Below are positions 53,501-64,000 of a DNA stretch of 64,000 nucleotides, in pieces. Within the stretch, counting starts at the first letter, position 1. Every line of letters starts with the position of its first letter. The DNA is from Squalus acanthias. Taxonomy: Eukaryota. The translations under genes and the position numbers were made by a program. The DNA lies in assembly GCA_030390025.1 (NCBI GenBank), contig JASTWF010000070.1, positions 1,240,001-1,304,000 on the forward strand, written 5' to 3'. The notes below the pieces were generated by a model, which saw only the letters and a list, made by a program, of their open reading frames with translations, was not told the DNA's origin and did no database searches.

Positions 53501-56500
53501 TTTGAGGATGTAACTGGTAAAATAGATAAGGGAGAACCAGTGGATGTGGTGTATTTGGCCTTACAAAAGGCTTTTGATAAGGTCCCGCATAAGAGATTAG
53601 CGTGTAAAGTTAAGGCACATGGGATTGGGGGCAAGGTATTGACTTGGATAGAGAACTGGTTGGCAGACAGAAAGCAAAGAGTTGGAATAAACGGGTCTTT
53701 TTCCGAGTGGCAGGCAGTGACTAGTGTGGTACCGCAGGGATCGGTCCTTGGACCCCAGCTATTCACAATATATATTAATGATCTAGTCAAGGGAACTAGA
53801 TGTAATATCTCCAAGTTTGCAGACGACACAAAACTGGGTGGGCGTGGTGCTGCGAGGAGGATGCTGAGAAACTCCAGGATGCTTTGCACAGGTTGGGTGA
53901 TTGGGCAGAAACGTGGCAGATGCAATATAACGTGGATAAATGCGAGGTTATCCACTTTGGTGTCAAAAACAGAAAGGCAGATTATTATCTGAATGGCAAT
54001 AGATTGGGAGAAGGGGAAGTGCAACGAGACCTGGGTGTCCTTGTGCACCAGTCGCTGAAGGTAAGCATGCAGGTGCAGCAGGTGGTTAAGAAGGCAAATG
54101 GTATGTTGGCCTTCATAGCGAGAGGGTTTGAGTACAGGAACAAGGATGTCTTGCTGCAGTTGTGCAGGGCCTTGGTGAGACCACACATTGAATACTGTGT
54201 GCACTGTTGGTCGCCTTATCTGAGGAAGGATGTTCTTGCCATGGAAGTAGTTCAGCGAATATTCCCAAGGCTGATACCTGGGATGGCAGGAATGACGTAT
54301 GAAGAGAGATTGGGTCGATTTGACTTATACTCGCTGGAGTTTAGTAGAATGAGAGGGGATCTCATTGAAATGTATAAAATTCTGACAGGACAGGAGAAAC
54401 TAGATGCAGGAAGGATGTTCCCGATGGTCGGGGAGTCCAGAGCCAGGGGTCACAGTCTAAGGATAAGGGATAAGCCATTTAGGACATAAATGTGGAGGAA
54501 TTTCTTCACCCAGAGAGTGGTGAACCTGTGGAATTCTCTGCCACAGAAGGCAGTAGAGGCCACTTCATTAAATAGATTCAAGAAGGAGTTGGATATATTT
54601 CTTAAGGCTAAAGGGATCAAGGGATATGTGGAGAAAGCAGGGACAGGGTACTGAATTTGAATGATCAGCCATGATCACATTGAATGGCGGAGCTTGCCAG
54701 AGGGGCCGAATGGCCTACTCCTGCTCCTCTCTTCTATGATTCTATGATTCTATGTAAGTAGATGCGATGGTTTCAGCTCAATTATGGCATTAGACAGTAT
54801 GATAAATACTGTAAAAAAAATCCTAATAGCTCCTCTGGGTGACTCCTAAATATATAACAGTAACATTTTACGCACATAATTTATATTCTCTAAGTATCCT
54901 CGACTCACTACATTATGCTGGAGAAATCAGCCAGCTTTTATCGGGCGAAGTTGTTTAGTTCCGGTCATGAGTTCTGTTTGCTGTAGTTTGTACATGCTCT
55001 TTTTAAATAGACCCTGTAGACTGTTTGCTGTCATGCGCTGCTTAAATAGACTTGGTTTGCTGAATAAATAGAGTTTGTTTGCTGTAAGTTAAACTGTTCT
55101 ATTTGAATCCTGACTAAAGTCCCGCCCCACCTCCAACAACAACAACAACAACTTGTATTCATATAGCACCTTTAATGTAGTAAAACGTCCAAAGTTACTT
55201 CACAGGAGTGTTATGAAAAACTTTGACACCGAGCCACATAAGGAGATATTAAGGCCGAAGACCAAAAACTTGATCAAAGAGGCAGGTTTTAAGGAGTGTC
55301 TTAAAGGCGGAAAGAGAGGTAGAGAAGCAGAGAGGTGCAGCGAGGGAAGTCCAGAGCTTAGGGCCTAGCCAGCTGAAAGCACTGCCACAAATGGTGGAGT
55401 GAGGCGCAAGAGGCCAGAATTGGAGGAACGCAGATATTTCGGAATGTTGCAGGGCTGGAGGAGATGACAGAGACAGGGAGGGTTGAGGCCATGGACGGAT
55501 TTGAAGAAAAGAATGATCTTATAAAAATTGAGGTGTTATGTAACTGGGAGGCAATGTAGGTCAGCGAGCACAGGGGTGAAGGGACTTCGTGCATGTTTTG
55601 CATAGTCTCAAGTTTACGGAGGGTAGAAAGTGGGAGGCCGGCCAGGCGTGTGTTGGTAAAATAAAGACAAGAGGTAAAAACGTTGTGCATGAGGGTTTCA
55701 GCAGATGATGAGCTGTGGCACGGTAGAGTCGGGCGATGTTATTGAGGTGGAAATAGGCTGTCTTAGTTATTGCAGATATGACATCATGGTTGCCAACAGC
55801 CTGTATCAGACTCAGACAGTTCCCAGGGAGAGGGGTGGAGTCGGTGGTGAGGGAATGGAATTTTTGGCGGAGACCGAAGAGAATGGCTTCGGTCTTCTCA
55901 AAATTTCGTTGGAGGAAATTTCTGCTCATTCAGTGCTGGATGTCGGACAAGCAGTGTGAAAATTTGGAGACAGTGATGGAGTCGAGAGAGGCCGTGGTGA
56001 GGTAGAGCTGACACAGTGGTGTCAATAGACACGCTGATCTTATGCATTGCCCAATATGGAACTACAGTTCCCAAGATGCAGTGCGCGGTGTGGCCAGTGC
56101 TCTGCAATGAATGGTTCACCAGTCGCCCGTGTCGGTGTGAGCAGTGACAAAGCTTTGGGCACCTGTGCAAGGTTGAGCGAGCAGCTCCAGTCAAAGCACC
56201 AAAGCCCCTTTAATAATTCTAACAGACCAGAGAAATCAGTGATCAGTTCAAGCGCAGAAACAGAACCAAGCACCTGGGCTTCACCGAAAAACCCCTTGTC
56301 CAGGTGAGAACCAATCCCTGCCCGAATTCAGTGCCGGCTACTCCAGAGGACGAGAATCCCTCAATCCGCTCTGCCTGTTTTACTAAGGAACAGGGGAATA
56401 CCTAACTTCACAGTTACACATTTCAGATATTTAATAAACAAAAAATATTATTCCTTTGACGCTAATATCTCGAGACGACCCAATTATTAACAATTTGATG

Positions 56501-57373
56501 CATGTTTCTGTCGCCCTCAAGTAACTGACACTAACCAGTTTCAATCTGACTTTTAAAAACATGAACCAAGACCCATTGTGGGGAGTTAGGGATTGACTCC
56601 AAACAGGGGAAATGTTCAACATCACAGAGCCCGAGGAACAACTGACCCCGCCGCTTAATAATTCAACTGGAACAGGGTTTAAAACGGGAAATGCGCGCGT
56701 TAATCGGACCCGCAGGAAATTAAAGGCAAGCTGTTAATTTATTAATATTGCGCCGAGTTTTATTTGCGCCCCTGAGTTTTAAAGGGGGTGACTCTTTATA
56801 ATGGAACAACTTCTCTTCAATCCGGGGCAGGCTGTAAAATGGCGATTTCTTCCCCTCTTTCTCATTCCTCTAATTAACTCTTTACTCCGCCTCATGAATA
56901 TTCTCATCAGAATTGTATTTACAGACTGAATCCCAAATCATATTTGTCAATTGAAACCCCAATTTTAAAGGGATTGACAAATCCAGGGTTGCCTTGCTTC
57001 TGATTTAGAGAAAGGGACGTCAGTCTATTATGAAATATGTATTTTATGGGGAAAAGATTACTTTAAAATCTGATGCAGTATATCGGAGAGTAACAGCACG
57101 TTATCAGAACGATTCCAGCCGAAGTGCATCAGCTGAATCGTATCTCTACAATCCGCCCCTCATTTTTCTGGGGTAGAACACAGACTAATTATTCATTAAA
57201 CGCAAAAATCTTCGGAATCTTGGAACCTTCTCCTAACAGAGACTCCAATTGGAGTTTAAACAGTTTTATAAATTAAATGTTTAAGATTTTAATAATTTAG
57301 TCAGGCGCAAATAGATTTAAAAAATACCCGAATTGAAAATCTGCCTCCTTCCTTTTCCTGGCCCCTCCCAAAC

Positions 57374-57396
57374 ATTTGCATACCGGGTAATAAATA
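57374..57396 (+). promoter_or_regulatory. octamer + TATA-like V promoter, cluster 5
   Basis: ATTTGCAT at 57374-57381. Confidence 0.9.
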
Positions 57397-57513
57397 GACC
57401 CGGAGTCTCGGGTTTGCAGACACTGTAACCGGACCGGGTCCCGGAGTTTACAGGAACAGCGCACGGTTCAGTCGGAAATTTGAGCGGTGGCTTTTGGCGC
57501 TTCTCCGGAGGAA

Positions 57514-57562
57514 ATGGCTCCAGCGATGCATCTCCTGTGGGCTCTGCTGATCCATTTAACAG
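57514..57562 (+). CDS. leader exon, cluster 5
   Basis: MAPAMHLLWALLIHLTG, GTGAG donor. Confidence 0.92.
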
Positions 57563-57713
57563 GTGAGACACGGATGGTTTTAGTCACGGGTTTACCCGCA
57601 ACAAAGTCGTTTAAATACCAAGAATCGGGCGGTTTTCTCTCCGTTATATTGTCGCATTAACGTCCTATTTGCTCCAAGTCTCTGAATGGTTTGATTTTTT
57701 TCTTTTATTGAAG

Positions 57714-58067
57714 GTGTCCTGGCGGCTCCCGTCCTCAATCAGTCCCCAATATCCGATCCTGTCTCCGCGGGTCAGACCGCCCGGTTACAGTGTGCGATGG
57801 AGAACGGGGCTGTGGGCAGTAAGGATGTGAGCTGGTACCGACAGCGACCCGGTGAAGCTCCAGTGCGGGTGCTCGATCACAGTGCCGGTGGCACCATCTA
57901 CCGAGGCACCGGCTTCACACTCCGTTTTCAATCTTCCAGAGAAGCCTCCGGTAACAGTTACATTCTGACCATCGGAACCCTGGTGCCCGGTGACTCCGCC
58001 GTCTATTACTGTGCTGTGTGGGACTCAGGAATCATCTTCGGACCGGGGAACGTCCTGATTATAAAGA
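57714..58067 (+). CDS. germline-joined VJ exon, cluster 5 (CDR3 CAVWDSGIIF)
   Basis: open 354-nt exon; J motif FGPGN. Confidence 0.93.
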
Positions 58068-61000
58068 GTAAGTGACTCTCTCATTCTATTATTCACATTG
58101 TTTCAATTATTATGAATTTACAGTCGCTTTCATTCCCGGGCGCCAGAGAAATCTCCATTCAGTGAATTTTGATGTTGAATCTATTTCTACCCAAACAATG
58201 TTAAACTGGTCAGAATTGGAATTGTTGAAGCGCCTCGGGGAATAATACTGCGCTGAAATTAATTTGACACCATTTCCTGCTCCCATTCAATAGGGGAAAT
58301 GAGGAGAAGTGTTCTTTTTACGCAGCGAGTTGTTGTGATCTGGAATGCGCTGCCTGAAAGGGCGGTGGGAGCAGATTCAATAGTAACTATCAAAAGGGAA
58401 TTGGAGAAATACTTTGAACTTATAAGTTAATGTAAACAGTAAATTGGTTTTGATAAAACACTTTAGGAAGGATGTCAAGTCCTTGGAGGCGGTGCAGTGG
58501 AGATTTACCAGAATAGTTCCAGGGATGAGGGACTTCAGTTATGTGGAGAGACTGGAAAAGCTGGGATTGTTCTACTTAGAGCAGAGAAGGTTAAGGGGAG
58601 ATTTGATCTGGCTGTTCAAAATCATGAATGGTTTGATAGAGTAAATAAGCAGAAACTGATTCCACTGGCAGGAGTGTCGTTAACCAGAGAACACGATTTA
58701 AGATAATTGGCAAAAGAACCAGAGTTTACGTGAGGTGATTTTTTTTACGCAGCGAGTTGCTGTGATCTGGAATGCGCTGCCTGGAAGGGCGGTGGAAGCA
58801 GATTCAATAGTGACTTTCAAAAGGGAATTGGAGAAATACTTGAAAAGGATAAATGCAGGGCTGTGTGGAAAGAGCAGGGGAGTGGCAATAATTGGAAAGC
58901 TCTATTCAAAGAGCCGGCACAAGCACGATGGGCTGAATGCCCTCAGAGGAGCACTGATAGATAAAATAGTGACATAGGAACAGGAGGAGGCCATTCAGCC
59001 ACTCGAGCCTGTGTGAAAAAGTGCCTCCCTCCTAAATGGCCGGGCTCTAATTTTAAGTTGATGTCCCCTGGTTCTTGATTTCCCGACCGGAGGAAATCGT
59101 TTCTCTGTGTTTACCCGATCGAATCCTTTTTCACATTTTAAACACCTCGATCAGATCACCCCTGAATCTTCTAAACTCAAGGGAATACAAACCAAGCTGT
59201 GCAACCCGTCCTCGTAATTTAACCCACTAACCGCCGGTATCATTCGGGTGCGGCAAGAGACAGAGAGACAGAGAGACAGAGAGAAAGAGCGGAAAGTTGT
59301 GAGCTACACTGTGAAGTTCTGACAGTGGACACTGAATATGTCACTATGTTACACTGAGACTTGAACAGGAGAAAATTGCAGGGCTGTGGGGAAAGAGCAG
59401 GGGAGTGGGACTGATTGGAGAGCTCTTTCAAAGAGCCGGCACTGGAGCTGAATGGGCTGAATGGCATCATTCTGTTTGTATGATTCTCTGCTATGCCTTA
59501 CTTCTGCTCTTAGTGTATGTAGAATTATTCCTGCTGTCCAGAGTCGGCACCGCCCGATTTAAAAAAAACATTGCTCGGAGCCGGCGGGAGAGCCCCCGGG
59601 GGAATCCCAACCAATTTACGGTCATTTGTAACTTTCAATGTTGCTGCTGGTTTTATTCCTGTGGCGTATTGTCCCCTTGACCGCAGCCGTCGGGTGTCCG
59701 GCTCTGGGCTGGGAGAGAGAGAGGACCCTCCCGAGACCCGCTGTCCCAGCACACAACCGGTTGGATCGACTCCCTGTCGCCAGCAACACCGGGACTTCTC
59801 GGGATTGTATTCGTTTGCCGGGACTGGTTTTATTCTGAATTTCGTGCTGCCATATTTAATCAGTCTGACCTCATTATTCGCAATCTCCCTACTGTTTATA
59901 GAGCAGAACCGGCGCTTTACCATGGAGCGGCGCAGTGACAATCACTGACCAGCCCCGTGTGTGTGAGTGAGACTGGGTTATGCTTGTTGAAGGGAACTTT
60001 CTCTCCATCTCATTCTCTCGCTGCTGACCCTCTCCCTCCCCCAGGCTGTGTCTGCTGACTCTCCCTGTCCATTGTCCCCCCGGGGATAGCGCCGATTCTC
60101 CTGGGTTGATCTGTCGGGTCCCGCTACCGCCCAGTGTTGAACGGATCGCTCCGGGACCAGCGAGACTGAGCTGATCCCGAGAGAGAAATCAGTTCACCCG
60201 CGCAGGGAGGATTCCTTACTTGCCTCTGTAGCGAGAATCTTTTACAATCCTTATTCCCCCTTTCACTAGAAATATCAAACAGTGAAAACCCTTCATCACA
60301 CCGGGGAAAAGAGAAGGCTGAGGGGTGACCTAATAGAGGTCTTTAAAATGATGAAAGCTTTTGAGCGAGTCGACACAGAGAGAATGTTTCCACTTGTGGG
60401 GAAGAGCAAAACTAGACGCCATCAATATAAGATAGTCACCAAGAAATCCAATCGGGAATTCAGCAGAAACTTCTTTACCTAGTGAGTGGGGAGAATGTGG
60501 AATTCGCTACCACAGGGAGTGGTTGAGGCGAATCGTATAGATGCACTTAAGTGGAGGCTAGATAAGTACATGAGGCAGAAGGTAATAGAGGGTTTTGCTG
60601 ATAGAGTTAGATGTGGAAGAAAGGGAGGAGGCTCGAGTGGAACATAAACGCCGTCATGGACTGGTTGGTCCGAATGGCCTGTTTGTGTGCTGTATATTCT
60701 GTGTAATTTTCTGTAAAGCGTTTACAATATTGTTAGGCAGAGTCACTACATTAATTCCCAGCCTGTGTACAATGTCCTCTCTTTATTCAGTGAGCTCTTC
60801 AATACCCGGTCACAGAGCCCGGCTTAATTATCATCGCCGCAACATTTAAAGCCGATCAGTTTCTAACACGCAATTCTAAAAAAATATGAATCGTAAAAAC
60901 AACTTCCGGAATCTTATAGAGTGCTGCAGCACAGAAGGAGGCCATTCGGCCCATTGTGCCTGGGGCGGCTCTTTGAAAGCGCTGCATCAGTTTGAGATAT

Positions 61001-61683
61001 CAGAACATATGTGGACTCTCGGTGAAAAGCGGGTTACAGCTCTGTTTTCAACTTTTAAAAATTAACACTGACCGCATTTTAAGACAATCAAACGCTTTAT
61101 TATATTCAAGTAAAGAGGGAAAAAAACTGACATAATAGGAAATTAATTAAAAACAGAAAATGCTGGGAATACACGGCCGGTCAGTGTCTGTAACGGGAAC
61201 AGACAGGTTAGTGCGGTTCCGGGGGTGTAACCTGCACCTGAACTGGTCAGTTACTGATCTTTCCGCCTCACACATACTGACTGACCCGGTCTGTATTTCC
61301 AGCATTTTCTATTGTTATTTTACAAGAAAGAAAGGAAGAAAGAATAAAAGAGAGAAAGAAAGAAAGAAAGAAAGAAAGGAAGAAAGAAAGGAAGAAAGAC
61401 TTGCATTTTTACAGCGTCGCTCACGACCTCAGGACGTCCCAAAGCGTTTTACAGCCAATAAATACTTTTGTACCAAGTCACTGTTGTAATGTAGGGAAAA
61501 GAATTGGCACAGGATAAGAGGAATTCGAGATTTAAGAATTTATTGGAACTCCTGTATTAATCAGTAATTTATTTTCAAGTGAATGTTGTTCGTGGTTCTT
61601 TGGCGTCTTTGATTTCAGATCAGAGCGTCCCACTGCTGACGGATTCCATAAACTAATGAATTTTCTCTCCCCCTCACACACAG

Positions 61684-62012
61684 GCAGCGAGGATCGAAGC
61701 CCCTCGGTTCTTCTCCTCCCTCCCTCTTCGGAAGAAATCGGCTCGGGATCGGCCACTCTGTCCTGCCTGGGGAGTCGCTTCAAGCCGGGCTTGGTGCGGC
61801 TCCGCTGGAGCGTGGATGGCCAAGAGACAGACAGCGGGGTGACGACAGGCGCCGTGTCCCCGGACACCGACCAAACCTACAGCTTGAGCAGTTACCTGAG
61901 AGTCCCCGCCGCCGCCTGGAACAAGGGTTCCAGCTATTCCTGCAGCGTCAGCCACGGCTCCCTGAGCTCGCCTCTTCTGAAGACCATCAGCGCCTCCTCG
62001 TGTTCAGACTGA
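61684..62012 (+). CDS. Ig light chain type I constant exon, cluster 5
   Basis: 329-nt open exon; TLSCLGSRF variant. Confidence 0.93.
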
Positions 62013-64000
62013 GGCGGTGCAAGTTGGCAGTGGAGCTTGATTTTTGCTCGTGTTTAATGTAATGAAACAGATCATTCGATGTGTGCAATCCGCCTTTTTA
62101 TGCAATGTAATCACTGTAGCAATTTCAATTTTTAGTAAACAACCTGAATGTTCAATAATATCAGAAGAGCACGAAATGATTGTCCAGCTTTGTGAGATGG
62201 AACTTTCTGTACAACTGTCCCCATAATCTTGTGTGTAAACTTTCGCTGTGTGTAGAATGGGGACAGATTTCCCTTTAGTCTGTGACCATATTGTGATTGG
62301 GAACTTGTGTAACACAGCTCTTAATAAACATGAAATGCTGCCACGAGCTTAAAGTGGCCCGTCTTTACTCAGGACTTAAAGGGACATTGAGTGGATTACA
62401 TGGAATGTACAGCACAAAAAGGCCATTCAGCCCAATCAGTCTATGCCGGTGTTTATGCTCCACACGAGCCTCCTCCCACCCCTATTCACCTCATTTGATT
62501 AACATATCCTTCTATTCCTTTCTCCCTCATGTACTCATCTAGCTTCCCCTTTAATGCATCGACACTATTCGATTCAACTATTCCATATGGTAATGAATTG
62601 AACATTCTCACCACTCTCTGGGTATAAAAGGTTTCTCCTGAACTCTCTATTGTATTTCTTAATTTTAAGGTTATGCTTCCTTGTTCTGGACGTCCCCCCA
62701 CCGGAGGAGTAGTTTCTCTCTGTCTACACTATCAATCCCTTACAAAACCCTATGAACCTCAAACAAATCACCCCTTAACATTACATATTCCAGGGAATAC
62801 AAGCCTAGTTTCTTTAATCTCTCCTCGTAATTTAGCCCTTAGATCCCTGGTAACATTCTGGTGATTTTGCGCTGAACTCCCTCCAGTATATCCTTACTGA
62901 GATGCGGTGCCCAGAATCTGTACACTGTGCTCCAGATACTGGATTATTGAAGAAGGGTGGGGGAGAGAAATCAGGTCACTACCGGCCTGTCAGTTTGACG
63001 TCAGTTGTGGGGAAGTTAATACAATCTGTCATTAAGGATAGAGTGAGTGAACATTTAAGCAAATATGACCTGGTCAGAGGGGCCAGAATGGCTTTCTTAA
63101 AGGTAAATCATATCTGACTAATCCAGTTACATTTCTTGAGGAGGTCACTAATCAGATAGAGAAAGGATTGTCTATGGATGTTATCTATATGGAATCCCAG
63201 AAGGCATTCAATAAGGTTCCACATGTCAGATTACTGGCCAAGTTGAGATCACATGGAATTGGGGGGAGCCTTTAGATTTGGGTTGGAGTTTGGATGGGAA
63301 GTAGGAGACAGAGAGTCGGGATAAAGAGTAGGTACACAGATTGGCAGGATGTGGAATGTGATGTTCCCCAGGGATCTGTTCTGGGGCCTTAATCCTTCCA
63401 CCGAATTTATTAATAAGTTGGATGAAGGAATAGAGAGTTGTATATCCCTGTTTGCAGGTGGTGTTAAGTTGGGAGGCACAGTAACTTGTGCAGATGGGAG
63501 CAACAATTTGGAAGGGGATATGTGCAGGTTGTGATGTGGGTGAAACATAACAGATGTAGCTCAATGTGGGGGAGTGTGAGGTAATCCACTGTGGATCTAC
63601 TCCTGTTCCTGTGCTCCTAGATCAGCAAGTGAGGATTCTGAATATGGTTAATCATACATGTGAAATGTCCAGAGAACACTGGACAGAGAGTGTCGCCAAT
63701 GGGCATGTGCAAGGCTGGTGGGGGGAGGCGGGACTGCGAGTAGCATGCGTGAGCACCAACGAGTTTACATATTAATCCTGCGTGCGTACGTAATAATCAC
63801 ACGTACTATGAACGTGCTGACGTACGATCAACTTGCTTACCTTGCATAATTAAGTAGATGTGCTTGTGAGTACAATTGAAATCATTCTCATAGCACTGGA
63901 GGTGCTAAGTTTCTATAAGTGTATTGATAAATAAAGATTATTAATCTCTCTATCTCCTGAGTCCACCAGTATATATTAAAGTGAAGGATAGGGATCATTC

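Larger units (their letters stand above)
42135..64000. repeat. right arm of a large inverted segmental duplication (mirror of ~10167-31950)
   Basis: collinear reverse-complement homology; paired coordinates sum to ~74,110-74,135. Confidence 0.92.

Noticed and set aside
57878-57916. CACAGTG in cluster 5 CDR2 as a functional RSS
   Set aside because: No ACAAAAACC-like nonamer at 12 or 23 bp spacing.

Overview
Cartilaginous-fish (shark-type) genomic DNA. It carries five immunoglobulin light-chain clusters of the type I / NS5 (sigma-cart, sigma-2) isotype, each built as octamer+TATA promoter - leader exon - germline-joined VJ exon - C exon - AATAAA. No RSS separates V from J in any copy. Clusters 1-3 are on the minus strand and clusters 4-5 on the plus strand. 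Together they form a large, diverged inverted duplication with its axis near 37,060 (3 pairs with 4, 2 pairs with 5). Four copies are open; cluster 2 has a 1-bp frameshift in FR3. All five have the same CDR3 length, near-identical frameworks and strongly divergent CDR1/CDR2/CDR3, often through tandem substitutions, which looks like a hard-wired, germline-diversified antibody light-chain set. The spacers hold CR1 and L2 LINEs (including nested insertions at the symmetry centre), V-SINE and Deu-type SINEs, a solo LTR, a Harbinger-like Myb/SANT relic and several candidate regulatory modules: an intronic NF-kB island, an upstream ZNF143/CCAAT promoter-like module and a downstream ACGT-rich element.
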